A stretch of 58,148 bases of DNA, filler included, from Dirinaria sp. TL-2023a (Eukaryota): NCBI GenBank assembly GCA_051941275.1. It is 3 parts of 3 records of this genome, joined end to end, with 100 filler letters (N's around TTAATTAATTAA, not from the genome) between each part and the next. Parts side by side here need not be neighbours in the genome. Positions count along the whole stretch, not along the records: positions 19,420 to 38,738 come from JAVEBF010000340.1; positions 38,839 to 58,148 come from JAVEBF010000341.1; 1 more part is not named here. The stretch is one strand, 5' to 3'. Below are positions 29,466-42,137 of the stretch, piece after piece. The first letter of the stretch is position 1; each line of letters opens with the position of its first letter. The notes under the pieces were generated by a model. The model saw only the letters and a program-made list of their open reading frames with translations. It searched no databases and had not been told where the DNA came from. The translations under genes and the position numbers were made by a program.

Positions 29466-29872
29466 AATTGAAACGACTTTTTTATTCATTTTTTGCTAGT
29501 TTAGATTTTATTTCTGCTATCATAGAGTCTTGAGCACGGTCCTTTTGGCACAATATTGCTGTCAGAATGGTGATTTTGCCTGGTCTTTGTAAATGTTCCG
29601 TCCAATACGGTTAGCAAATTCACGGAGTATCGAGCCGCATTGCCGCCTGCCAAGCATCGAATTTCAAGTGAAATGTACGTACCTTAGGTAGTATTGAAGC
29701 ATTGATCAGTCCACGATGATGGAAGCCCCCTGACAATTGCTTTCCCAGTCATCTGCCATTGGAGGACGAACGGGATCGTACTCGGAACATTGGCCGCGTA
29801 TGTTTGCGAGCAGATAGCCATTGAGGTAGCCAAAGGGAGGAACTTCCGTCCAAAGCCCAATTCAGATCAGCT

Positions 29873-31006
29873 ATGCAATCCGAGAAGTCCCATAAATCCT
29901 TCGGCTCAGTCTTAGTAATAGGAGGGTGTGGCTTCCTTGGGCGGCATATTGTGTCGCAACTCCTCGAGAACTACGACGCAAAAGTATCAGTCGTTGACCT
30001 CCGCACAGATCACCACCGCTTCTCTTCAGTGACTTACTACGACGCCGATATCACGTCCCAGTCAGCCATTACAAGCGTGTTGGAAAGCGAGAAGCCGGCA
30101 GTCATCATACACACAGCATCGCCAAGCTTCGTCGGCGACGAAGGCAGAAACAAAGCGCTCTACAAGAAGGTCAATGTCGATGGAACTCAGAACCTGATAG
30201 ACCGAGCTGGAGAAGCCGGTTGCGTCAAGGCTTTCGTCTACACTTCGAGCGCGTCGACGATCCATGACTCAATCAGCGACCTCATCAATGCGGATGAGCG
30301 ATGGCCGACGCTTCGAGCACCGCTACAACGCGAATACTACTCGGAGACCAAGGCAATGGCCGAAGAGATCGTCTTGGCTGCCAATCGGAAACGGAACACG
30401 ATGCTTACGATTGCCATTCGCCCATCTGGGATATTCGGAGAGGGTGATCAGCAAGTTATTCCTGGCCTACTCAAAGCATATTACGGCAAGAAAACAAAGT
30501 TCCAGTTGGGTGAAAATATGAATCTTTTCGACTTCACATACGTTGGCAACGTCGCATACGCACACATTCTCGCCGCTATTGCGCTTATGAACACTCACGA
30601 GCTACCTACCATCCCTCTGGATTACGAGAAAGTGGACGGAGAAGCATTCCTCATTACGAACGGGACACCGGTGTACTTCTGGGACTTTGCACGGCTAGTC
30701 TGGAAAGCTGCAGGAGACCAGACTGATTTGCCACAAGTATGGACGATCGGGAAAGACATTGGTCTCAAGCTCGCATCCCTCCTGGAGTGGCTGTTTTGGT
30801 TTGCTGGGGGACGGAAACCCAGCCTTAGCTGGAAAGCGTTCAATTACAGCTCAATGACCCGATATTACAACATCGACAAGGCGAAGACATTATTAGGATA
30901 CAACCCTCCGTTTGGTATGGAGGAAGGTGTGGAGAGGACGGTCAAGTACATACAGGAACAGGAAAAGCAAAAGAAGGCCGAGAGGGAGCAGAAGAAGTCG
31001 CAGTAA
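29873..31006 (+). CDS. erg26: Sterol-4-alpha-carboxylate 3-dehydrogenase, decarboxylating (3-beta-HSD family SDR)
   Basis: Single 377-aa ORF with GGCGFLG Rossmann motif, IHTASP, VYTSSA, catalytic YSETK, IRPSGIFGEGD, FDFTYVGNVAYAHILA, GEAFLITN. Confidence 0.9.
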   Translation: MQSEKSHKSFGSVLVIGGCGFLGRHIVSQLLENYDAKVSVVDLRTDHHRFSSVTYYDADITSQSAITSVLESEKPAVIIHTASPSFVGDEGRNKALYKKVNVDGTQNLIDRAGEAGCVKAFVYTSSASTIHDSISDLINADERWPTLRAPLQREYYSETKAMAEEIVLAANRKRNTMLTIAIRPSGIFGEGDQQVIPGLLKAYYGKKTKFQLGENMNLFDFTYVGNVAYAHILAAIALMNTHELPTIPLDYEKVDGEAFLITNGTPVYFWDFARLVWKAAGDQTDLPQVWTIGKDIGLKLASLLEWLFWFAGGRKPSLSWKAFNYSSMTRYYNIDKAKTLLGYNPPFGMEEGVERTVKYIQEQEKQKKAEREQKKSQ

Positions 31007-32435
31007 GTGATGGCCGCGCTGACCTAGCTGGCGTGGCATAGACTTTCTGCGTGTATACTATGTAACCTTAGTATAGAGAGTCGTCAATGCAATGCTGCTC
31101 GACTGCCACTGCTTCGAGCTTGGTGGATAGTATAGGTGAATCGGAGACGCCTCCGTGCATCTTTCCATGGATGGTATCTCTGCCCCATTGCGAGGAGTTC
31201 ATTGGCACGTCTGACCCAGGTACCTAAGTATCTTGCTGCGATCCAACCTCGATTTCCCGATTGGACGTAATGGGATTACCCCACAGAGACCTCGAGACCC
31301 AAACACAGGCTGAGCTGCAGTAGTGCCGGATAGTTCACGGCACGTCCTTGAAGATTCGTTCCATTTGTCTGAGGTGGGACGACTGGCGACGTCAGGACGG
31401 CAACTTGGCTTTGTTTGGATGCGAACCGTCGGTGCTGCGAGCAGTCACTTGACTATTTGTGCGTTGGCATCGTGTGGGAGGGCTAGTGGTTGTACTTTAT
31501 TTATCTCAAACGGGGGCCTTGGGACGAATTCGAGCTTATCATTATCATTAACGTGGTGAGGTAGAGGCGTCTGATCGCTTCGAGTCTCGGGTGGTCCAAG
31601 CAGGAGTCACTCTACATAGACGAAAAAGGGTCGGAAGGGAAGTAGGTATGTAAGCAGATACTTTAAGGTCAGGCCGGCGGAGGGGGAATTGGTACCGGTG
31701 TCGTGCTATCTGGACTGAGAGTGACGCCGGCATCATTGGCCGATAATAGTGGAACCCCATTCCAGTACTGTACGAGTACTTACCTTCCATTACTGTACAG
31801 CGCCCACAATGGAATACTTTAGTAATAATAAATAATATTTTCGAATGTCGTGTCGCGCGAAACCAGTTCGTGGGCGACCTAATGTAAGACCTTCCCTTAG
31901 GTACTCGCCCTTACTACTGTATATGACAGTTATGACTCGTCGCGGAAACAATTTTTACCCCACTCCCACACTCCTAGTACTTCCCACTCCCAAGATCCTG
32001 AGGGTCCCCTACCTGTACCCTACTCTTCTCCCAGCCAATTAAGCCCTGTCCCATTCAACGTTCTTCCCATGGAACCTCTGCAACGTCTTCTGCGTGATCC
32101 GGCGCCAACTGTCACAATCTTGATGGACGCTGCCATGAACACTTTTCCGAGGCGTCGTTGAGCCGTTCCTGGGGCGGTGCCCAATTTCTTTCCCGTGGCA
32201 CGTTACCCGTCGTTCCTTTTCCTTTGCAATAGAGACACTGTATGCCCGTATGCACATAATCGACCAAAAGGACAACAAAGGGACCTCCGAAACTACGTCA
32301 TCCTCAGCCAAGGACCAGACAGCCGCAGACATGCTATCAACATAGTCAGGTCGATGGGACGACGGGAGGCATCTCGAACCCTACGGCCCTTCGGGGCTTG
32401 CCCCATAATTCACACACCCGAATGAATGCTTCGCT

Positions 32436-35400
32436 ATGACTGGGAATGAGGACCGAAGCAAGCAGTCTCTGGCGCCCCCGGCCGTCTCGGCTCTGCGTCA
32501 GGAGACTGCAGCCGGCCGCATATCCATCGAACGAACGGCAAGCATGGACATCCGAGCAGAGCGAGAGGATTTGAAGGAGGCGGCCGAGCAGTCGCTCAAT
32601 GTCGTCCTTGACCTCGGTTTGGACGGTATCGTGCGATGGGTCAGTCCATCTTGGAAAGACCTGGTCGGCACAACTCCGGAATCGATGAAGGGGAAGCATA
32701 TTGCGGACATCCTCCTATCGAGAAAAGAAGCCTTTGCAGACGCCGTGGAATCCATGAAGAAGGACGATTCGAGAAGTCAATTTATACGTTTTCAAGTTCA
32801 GATGGGACCTTTTTCGGTGTTGAAGCAGGACAGTCAAGAAGATGACGCGGATGTGGAAGAACCAGGGTCCCAGGAGGAGAGGATAGAGGAGGAGCAGGTC
32901 CTCAATATTGAGGGTCAAGGTATCATGGTCTACGATCGTTTATCCGGCGGTGAAAGCCATGTAAGAATATAGACAATTGGGTTGCTTTATTTTCGCTAAC
33001 TATACTTTAGACTATGTGGATGCTACGTCCATCTGCAGAGCCCAAAGAGATCACTATAGATCTCCCCGAAATACTTGTCGAATCCTTGGGCGTTGGTGCT
33101 GAGATGCTCGCCCACTACTTAACTTCGTTAGCAGAAGTTGGAGCCAACGATCCTGCGAACCATCCTCCTCCACTACCTGTTCTATGCCGTATTTGCGAAC
33201 GCCAAATCACTCCGTGGTGGTTCGAAAAGCACTCGGAACTATGCCTGCAAGAATACCGGGCAGAGATGGAGGTACAGCTAGCTCAGGAGGCTTTGAATGA
33301 CCATCGCAATGCTATCGTCAAAGTTCTGGATGCACTTGAGGCCCGCAAAGGCCGATCAAGTTCGGTGGAAACGGGCAATGGGCCAGTTCCACAGCCAGAG
33401 TACAAAGGAATGTTGATCGGGCCACCCTCACAGACCCCTTCAGGCTCCGATTCAGGAAGGGTGTCTCCTTCTACGCCGCCACGCTCCCGAGATACCTCAA
33501 CATCTGGGCTAGGTCACACCCGCACAAAATCTTTCGCCGTTCGCCGTCCATTATCAAGGATAGTCGAGCTGATACTCGACCTTTGCGATACTGCATTAGA
33601 GATCAACGTACCTGCCATTAAGCCGGGTCAAACTTCGGAAGATGGAATAATCCGAACGCAATCCCCGCAGTCAGAATCACGAATCGCTCAAGTCCGAAGT
33701 TGGCAAACCCCAGGCGCCAACAGCTTGGATCAGGAACAAGGTCTCGTAATGCTCAGTGCAGACACGGAGAATTTGTCGTTGGCAAAAGTCGAGACTGTCG
33801 AGCGACACCGAGACACTATTGAATATTCGGAACGCATACGAGTGGAATATGATACATTGGTCATTGAATGCATCGATGCTGCTATAAAGAAAGCTGCCAG
33901 CATTGCAGCAGGCCAACTAAGCGATTCGACCGAGGGCGAGCAGGACGAAGACGAGCTGGAGACACCAGCTGCTCACACGACAAGCTTCTTCAACGATGCA
34001 TATGACGGAGCATCCGCCATATCTGCAGGGTTAAGGACCGCTTCGGATACCGCTCTATTATCACAGGCAGAAGAGAGAAGATCATCAATTGCACGATCGT
34101 CGAGGTCTGGTAGCCCAATGGAATGCCCAACACCTAGGTCTCATACTCAGAGTTTTTCGATGTTGGGCCGGTCTCAATCGGTCAGCAAACGCGCCTCTCT
34201 GTACATGGGGAGCGACGCAGGAGATAGTGACAACAACGTATCTTCTTCAGTCAATATAGAAGTGCCGAGGACCGATTCACCAGCCTCAGAACGAGCGTTG
34301 GGTAGGTCTTCGAGTTCCGCAGATCGGAAACGGAGGAGCTTGCGACTGCGGAACGTTCCTTCTCCTCACCGACAACCATCTCCAGGACGTGCGAATGGCC
34401 CTTCGTCCCCATTGCGAAGTACAAAGCCACGTCTTTCAATGGCACTTGAAGGGTTCCCTTCACCTATAGCTTCTCCCCCACTATCAGGTACTGAACATTC
34501 ATCGCCCATCATACAGTCTCATCGACATCGCCGACAATCTTCAGCTGCGTCTTCCACGGTAGACCTGCACAGAGCTCCGCCTTCTCCACGGCTTGCAGCG
34601 CTAGCCCATCCCCAGGGTAAAGCGGTGCCAACGTCGATCAAAGATTTCGAGATCATCAAACCCATCAGCAAAGGCGCGTTCGGTAGCGTGTACTTGTCCA
34701 AGAAAAAGTCGACTGGGGATTACTTTGCCATCAAGGTGCTCAAGAAGGCGGACATGGTTGCTAAAAACCAGATCTCCAATGTCAAAGCCGAAAGAGCAAT
34801 CATGATGTGGCAAGGTGAAAGCGACTTCGTTGCGAAGCTCTATTGGACCTTCTCGAGTAAAGACTTCCTCTATCTCGTGATGGAGTACCTGAATGGCGGT
34901 GATTGCGCCTCACTGGTGAAGGTTCTGGGTGGACTTTCCGAAGACTGGGCAAAGAAATACCTCGCAGAGGTGGTCCTTGGCGTCGAGCATTTGCACAGCC
35001 GAGGTATCGTCCATCGCGATCTGAAGCCGGACAACCTCCTTATAGATCAGAAAGGACACTTGAAACTTACGGATTTTGGGCTGTCCCGAATGGGGCTTAT
35101 CGGACGCCAGAAGCGCTATCTTAAAAGCCCCAATGAGTCCACCCCCGATCTACTCAAGCAGGGGCCTTTTGCTCGAGCTACCTCGATGGCTTCTTCGCGT
35201 TCTACTTCGTTCGATCTACAAGGAAATCACTCGCCGACTTCAACTCCTATAATGACCCCAGATCTAGCGATCTCGCTAGGCCAGCCTTCCTATTTCAGTC
35301 TGAACCGTGACTACAAGTTAGGCCGCGAACATTCAAGAAAGAAGTCAGGCTACCGTAGTGACAGTGGAAATAGTGATACGTTCAACACCATGTTTCGCAA

Positions 35401-38206
35401 CTTCTCTTTAAACGACGACGCTTCGCAGCGGGGAGCGCCCATTGAAGAGGAGACGCATGATGAAGGAGGAGAATCCCCGGACATATACAGTCTTCAACCT
35501 ACAACAAGCAATGTGAGCAACTTTGGCCAAAGCCAGCACCATACACCACCACCAATGTCAGGCATGCTACCTCCACCAATGGCGCTCTTCGATCCTGATG
35601 ATCATAATCGACGATTTGTCGGGACTCCTGATTATCTAGCCCCGGAGACGATCAACGGGCTTGGTCAAGACGAGATGAGTGATTGGTGGTCCCTAGGCTG
35701 CATCATGTTCGAATTCCTGTACGGCTACCCTCCCTTCCACGCCGATGCACCGGAGAAGGTGTTCGAAAACATACTGGCTCGCAAGATTGACTGGCCCGAT
35801 GAAACGGAATGTTCGGTCTCCAACGAAGCTCGGGATTTGATGGAAAGATTGATGACCATAAACCCCAAGGAGCGCCTGGGCGCAAACATGGCAGAACAGC
35901 ACTCGTCCGGCGGGGAAGAGATCCGCCTGCATCCGTGGTTCCAGGATATCAATTGGGAAACGTTGCTTCAGGACGAAGCTCAATTCGTCCCTGCTCCTAG
36001 TAATCCCGAAGATACAGAGTACTTCGATGATCGGGGTGCCACTCTGCAAGCATTCGCAGAGGAAATGGAAGATCAAGCCTCGTCTCCAGCGGCCACACCT
36101 AATGCAGATTATCCAGATCGGCCTCATGATGCCTTATCGCGTGTGAGAAGTCAAGTCAATTCTATGAAAAGAGGCTTGATGCCACTCCACATACCTGCTC
36201 ATGTCCGTGATGGCCGCAGCAGGAGATTAAGTGAGCCTGTGCAGACGGATGATTTTGGCAATTTCACTTACAAGAACCTTCCCGTACTCGAGAAGGCCAA
36301 CAAAGATATTCTCCAGAAGCTGCGTACCGAAGCGCAGATGCAAAGCAAGTCTCCAGTAGCCGTTCAATCACCTGCCAGTGCCACGTCAGGTCCATCTCTT
36401 GAAAAAAGCCCTTTACTACCAATGCCACTCAAACGAGCGTTATCCCAAAACAGAGGAAGTCATAGGCCTTCGTCTCCATCTGGCGCGAATCAGCCAAATC
36501 CCTCCCCTAACCGCGCTTCGAATCCATCTTCGCCGCTACTGGTCTCCTTTTCCACTGGCCAAGCCCACGAGAGGCGGAAAACATCGAGCACATCTTCGAG
36601 TTTCTCACATCAGTCTGGCCAATCGCTGCAACCTGGCAGTTTCTTCGACGTCCCTCGACTCCCCACTAGTCAGTCGACGACATCTAACACATCCTCACCA
36701 GTCAAAACCAATCGTTTATCAATGAACGTTGCTGTAGCTTCTCCGGAAAGGACCTCTCTCGCCCCGAGGCCCCAGAGCATTGCTAGTACGTCGCGCGCCC
36801 GATCGCAGACTGTTGGTTCACAAGATGGAGACAACGCCCTTCCATCCAGTAAAGCACTTGGTCACTATAAGCGTAGGAGCCAAGTCTTTGATGTTTCACC
36901 TTCTTCGTCCGATAACGAGGATCCTCGCACGAAAGCTCTCCTTCGTGTTCAGAGGAGGAGACAGAGCTCTAGACGATTGTCTCAGATCATGCTTGGCGAT
37001 GGACCATCGTTCCGGCCTCTAGATGTACTGATCTGCGAGGACCACCCAGTTTCGCGACTCGTAATGGAGCGATTACTCGAAACGCTACGGTGTCGGACGA
37101 TCACTGTTGTTAACGGTCCTGAGGCTGTACGATATGCGATGAGCGAAGTTCAATTCGACATCATCATGATGGAGTACAAGCTCCCTCAAATCAACGGCGC
37201 CGATGTAGCGCGCATGATTCGGGATACGAAAAGCGCTAATACGCAAACACCCATCATAGCAGTAACGGGCTATTTAAAAGAGCTCCCACAAACACACCAC
37301 TTCGACTCTTTGATTGAGAAACCGCCTACTCTTGCCAAATTAACAGATGCCCTTTGCAACCTCTGCCAGTGGAAGCCTCCAGCACCAGATCACCCAACAA
37401 CTCAGCCACAACCAAAACCTCCTTCCGCCCTTCGTCAAGAGTCGAAACACGTGGAAGACAGCCCATCGTCTCAATCGTCAGGGCCATTCGCTCGTCTTAT
37501 CCGAGGTCGGCCAAGTCGTGAACACTCCATCGGCTCGTCTTTCTTTGGCGACACCGACAGCACCAATACCGAGGACATCCCAGCCATCATCCGCGAGCCG
37601 TCCAATGAATGGCAGAACCATGGGCTGGGGATTCAAGCGCCAGACCAGAAGCCTTTCATCCATCCTGGCCTTCCGCATTTGCTACACCAGAACTCTGCCC
37701 CACCGGCTTTCGATCAGCGTACGCCACGGCGGCAACGTTCCGCTGATTCTGTGAAAGCGAAACGTGCGGATTTGGAGAAGAACAGGCACGAGTGCGCCGA
37801 ATCCGGGGATGACGAGGACGAGGAGCTGGGAGATGTGCAAGTCCGCGCTCGCTCTCCTCAGCACAAATCCAGAGGCGGTGGCGGCAGCAAGCTCAGTGTG
37901 GAGATGATGAGAACAAACAGTCGTGGCAGCGTGACGTCGGTGCCTGATGAACCCAAGCCCATGAACCAGACATTACCCACGGTTCCTTCAACAACCGCGC
38001 TGGATACCAATACTATCCCTGCAACATCGGCCATCGAGCCGCCGGAGATCTTCCCCAAAGACGCTGCAGGTGATGCACAGACGATCATCGATATGGACGC
38101 CACACCTCGTCCTCTCAACCTTTCCGCCCTTCCCCCAAAGTCAACCACCGATCTAAGAGGGCAATCTTTCCTCGCCTCTCCATCACCAACAAGGGAGACG
38201 CACTGA
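32436..38206 (+). CDS. rim15: RIM15/Cek1/Greatwall-type AGC kinase: PAS, zinc finger, split kinase and receiver-like domain; exons 32436-32960 and 33011-38206
   Basis: PAS (GIVRWVSPSWKDLVG), zinc finger CRIC...H...C, kinase KPISKGAFG, HRDLKPDN, TDFGLS, large insert, FVGTPDYLAPE; REC-like LICEDHPV...IIMMEYKLPQING with Glu in place of the phospho-accepting Asp. GT-AG intron 32961-33010. Confidence 0.95.
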
Positions 38207-38738
38207 CCTCCCATCCACCTTGTCTGCGAGCTGTACGCACTCTCTAGCCAAGAACTGGCATAGCCCCCATTCCTTTTTTCCCTCAAAACTGTTGTACATC
38301 GTGTATGATATCAACGATCTGCCGAGCGCCTGCTGCTGCTCTTGCTCCTGCTCCTGCTCAGGTTTCCTTGATTGAAGTGGGCGTCTGAGCTGGGTTGTTG
38401 TGAGGGAGGACCTTGTTTACTTTCTTGCTTCTCACTAAGGCTCTTTGTAAGTTAAACGAATTAGCGATGGCGCTTCCGGGCGCCGACTTATCAACCTCTA
38501 CTTGAAATCGAATCGAATGGAAAGAAGTGTTTCCGAGTGTAAAACGAAAAGGAGCTTTTCTTCAAATCTTTCCTCGTAGTAAATCCCCCCTTCTTCGAGT
38601 ACGGGAAAAACTTCGACTAGGTGATATTCTTCCTTCTCTTTTTTTTTTTTTAAAAAAAAAACCCCCCCTTCCATGTCTCCGCAAGTAAAGATCTTTTACC
38701 TGCCTTCCTTCCCAAGCACCAACCCCTCTCTCCAACTC

Positions 38739-38838
38739 NNNNNNNNNNNNNNNNNNNNNNNNNNNNNNNNNNNNNNNNNNNNTTAATTAATTAANNNNNN
38801 NNNNNNNNNNNNNNNNNNNNNNNNNNNNNNNNNNNNNN
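38739..38838. other. Artificial assembly spacer (N44-TTAATTAATTAA-N44)
   Basis: Same 100-nt design as 19320-19419. Confidence 0.97.
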
Positions 38839-39242
38839 TTTTTTCATCGAGAATATGAACCAAAAAAAAAAAAAGGTCAAATGAAAAACAGGTGGTGGTG
38901 GTGATATGTCGCTGCTGCTGCTGAAGTGTTATCGAGCTGATTTACTTTCTTTTTTTTTCTTTTTGGTTCAGCGGCTAGAGAAGAAGAGATGGAGGGAAGT
39001 AGCGTAGATAATTTAGATACAACACGTGAACTGTACATACCATTGAGGATGCCGGTAGGTCTTCGCGGTACACCGCTGACTCTAGGGAAATGCATCGAAT
39101 CCATTGCTTTGCAGGTTTAATATCTACAGGCAAGTCTACACTAATATAGTAAAGAACGTGCAAGCAGATTCGATATAAAAACCATTTCACATCTTCCCCC
39201 TCGATTTCGCCGCCATTTCTAAATTCGCCCTAAAACCACGCT

Positions 39243-41413
39243 TCAACCACCCCAGCGCCGTCTCCTCACCTCCAATACCTTTCTCCGTGTCGGGATCCTG
39301 GTCGTGCGCCAGGACCATGAGAGATTCTTTCCTGTCAATTCTGCGTTGATAGAGCGGCATTCGTAGTTCCGTAAGAGGTGGACGATCACGCTTTTCATCA
39401 CGAGCGCGATGTAGAATCTTCCTGGGCTTTTTGTTTTTTGGTGGAAGAGGGGTTGGGGTGTTAGTGAGGATTAGATATAAATGCATGGATAAGGTATAAA
39501 GGAGGAAAGGGATAGAAGCGCTTAAGCGAAGCAATTCGAGGGAAAAAACGGAAAGAAAACCGGCAGCGCTCACCAAGCTTCCTTTCCCAGGCCCCAGAAC
39601 GGATAAGCCGGGTCAGGCGTTGTGTATTTCATATTTTGATTGAGAAAGAAGGGTTGATTTGTTGGGTTTGGAGAAGAGAGGGGAGAGGAAGATGAGGTGG
39701 TGGGAGAGAACCAGCGTCCCGGGTCGAAGATCTGTGATTGTGCGACATCGAGACCCATCGCGCGCAGCGGAGCGCAGAGGATATCCCCCTTTTTCACCGA
39801 CAGGCCGTCAGCGAAGGTATACTCTGTCAGAACGGTGCGGCGGAGGGTTACTGTTCTTTGTGTAAGCCTTGGACTTCTTTTTTTTTGTTTTTTTTTTTCT
39901 GGAGAACTTGGATTCGGGGAGGAGTGGGAGAGGAGATGTACTTGACTCTGAAGCATTGCAGCGAGCGGATTCTTTGAGAACACTATCGAGGAGAGGCATG
40001 TTCTGGAGGTTAGGGCGATCGTTAGGAAGCCAATTTTGGTCGATTTCTTCAAGGAGAAGGGGGAGAATTTCGGGGTGTTGGAAAATGTCGAGGAGTGCGT
40101 AGGTTAGGGTCTAGGTGAGGTTAGGTTAGATAGAGTATTTTGAGTGTGTCTTGGGTTACAGGGAAGACATTATTGTAGGTTGAGCCGGTGGGGATGGACT
40201 ACGTACCATAGATGAAAGGTGGATGGATGGGAGCCATACAGCGAGGAATTGCTGCGCTAGGTCTGAAGAGGAGGCTGCTTCTTTCTGGGAGCTGTAATGC
40301 GATGTCAGGCATTCGAGGTAGTAGAGCTATGAATTGCAATTTAGTTTCGTTTTTAATTCCTACCTTATGGCTTTGTAGAAGGGTAAGCACCAAGAGAAAA
40401 CATACCGATCTACCATTCCTCCCATGAATCGCATGTTGGATGCCCATGTCGATAGCAGGCATTAGGATCTCTCGCAGAGCGCGAAGTGCTCTATGGCTTC
40501 GAGTTGCAAGCCAAGCAACAAATCTGTTCAGTTCAGAGATGTCTACCTTTCAAGTAACGTTTCGGAAATACTCACGGAGCGAAGGACTTCGGTGTAAGGT
40601 TCAGAATCTCACTCGTGATCATTGTGTCCATGATCCACCTGTTGGCTGTCTGAACGAACTTCTTGCTGTCATCTAAGTGATATTCATTAGCGCTGTGACA
40701 AGGATCGCAGGTCTGCATTTTGTTAAGACACACGGTAATAATCTTTAAAGAACGTATGGAAGTTTGTATTCCCAATAATTTCTTCTGACAGATGGTACGG
40801 CGAGATCTGTACCCACCCATCTATGTCTGGATAAGCTTCTCTGAGAATTCAATCAGTAGCAGAAAAGCCTCGGAATTACCGTTATATGTTCCATCAAATT
40901 GGATTAAATGCCTTAAATTCGTGGTGATCATCTCATGTATTTGACCTTCTATTAGGGGAAGAGCATCTGTGAACTTTCTCAAAACCCGCTGATGGCTCCT
41001 GGTCTGGTCTGTCTGTATTGCGTTCATAGTGTGTGGCATGTGAAAGAACTACACAGCTGCATATTAGTCTTCATATGACGAAATGTCGGATCGGTGGATA
41101 CCTCGCTGAAGAAGGTTACTAGAGAAAGTCTGTCGGCAGGAGCATTGCTCAATTCAGAGATATGTTCGGGAGATGAAACCACGACGTATCGAGTTTGAGA
41201 AGTCTGTACAGTGAAAGGCACATCCCGCTTCTGTTCTGCCATTAATTTCTCCGCTGTACTATGACAGTTCCTAAGATGACGTACGTATAATCTCTCCAGC
41301 GTCTGAGGTCCTCGGAGAAGAAATTTGAAGTCCTTGGCAAATAGTAAAGCTTGGATGATGGTCAAAGCCAGTACCAGAACTACACTGACGAGCAAGAAAT
41401 ACAACAGGGACAT
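39243..41413 (-). CDS. Cytochrome P450, secondary-metabolism type, 492 aa, 10 exons: 41413-41285, 41230-41102, 41048-40880, 40820-40734, 40672-40576, 40523-40406, 40326-40207, 40110-39942, 39850-39574, 39426-39243
   Basis: N-terminal TM anchor, K-helix LDSVLKESAR, YTFADG, FDPGRW, heme motif WGLGKEAC|PGRFY with the Cys codon split by intron 9. Nine GT-AG introns give an uninterrupted 1479-nt CDS. Confidence 0.88.
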
Positions 41414-42137
41414 ATTGTTCTGCAAAGGGTAGAGCCACGCTCCCACAAAGAATTCTAGAGTCTACCAAACAGTAACGAAATGTCAGACCTCGGGCGTTGA
41501 TATGTGGGTTAGAGGTTCTACAGTTAGAAAGGCGTTGCAAGCCAGTGTCTGCGCTTCAGCCACCTTTCCATACTACTTGAAGCATGGCACCAGTAATGGC
41601 ATGGCCAATCAACTCCATAAGCTTGACCTTATGGTACGCTGCCGGTCTTTGAGCAAGCAATTCACCGTGCTTCGCCTAGACCGCATCACGCATGCAGAGC
41701 GTATTGGTCTAGACAGCGGGCTTGCTCCATGGTAGCATTTTACCTGAGGAGGATAAAACCCGATGTCAAAGTAAGGCGAAGTCCGAAACTCAATGTCCAG
41801 ACGCTACTGCTGCATCAAGCGCTTATTCTTTATGTTGGTGGTGATCGTCGATGAGTTCTGGAACGAAGAATACCCCCACATTTGTAAAAAAGTGTGGTGG
41901 GGGTCTGATGGCTGATCACGATACAGGATCGCTTCGAATATGCCCGCAACTCTGCAGAGACTATGCGACACGTTGACCATGCATACGCCCAGACGTGAAA
42001 GGGGTGTATGTGCAATACAACCATATAGTATAGGGCGCCCACCTTTACACAAAGCTGGAGACTTCTCCAAATACAGATTTTGCTCGATTGACCACTAATC
42101 TCGGCTTTCATACAGCATTGTATCAAAGCAACCAGAT

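Noticed and set aside
40327..40405. Internal AAG|GTAGGA in P450 intron 6 suggesting tandem/recursive introns or a stwintron
   Set aside because: The pieces would be 42 and 37 nt, the second being too short for a typical fungal intron; a single 79-nt intron restores the frame.
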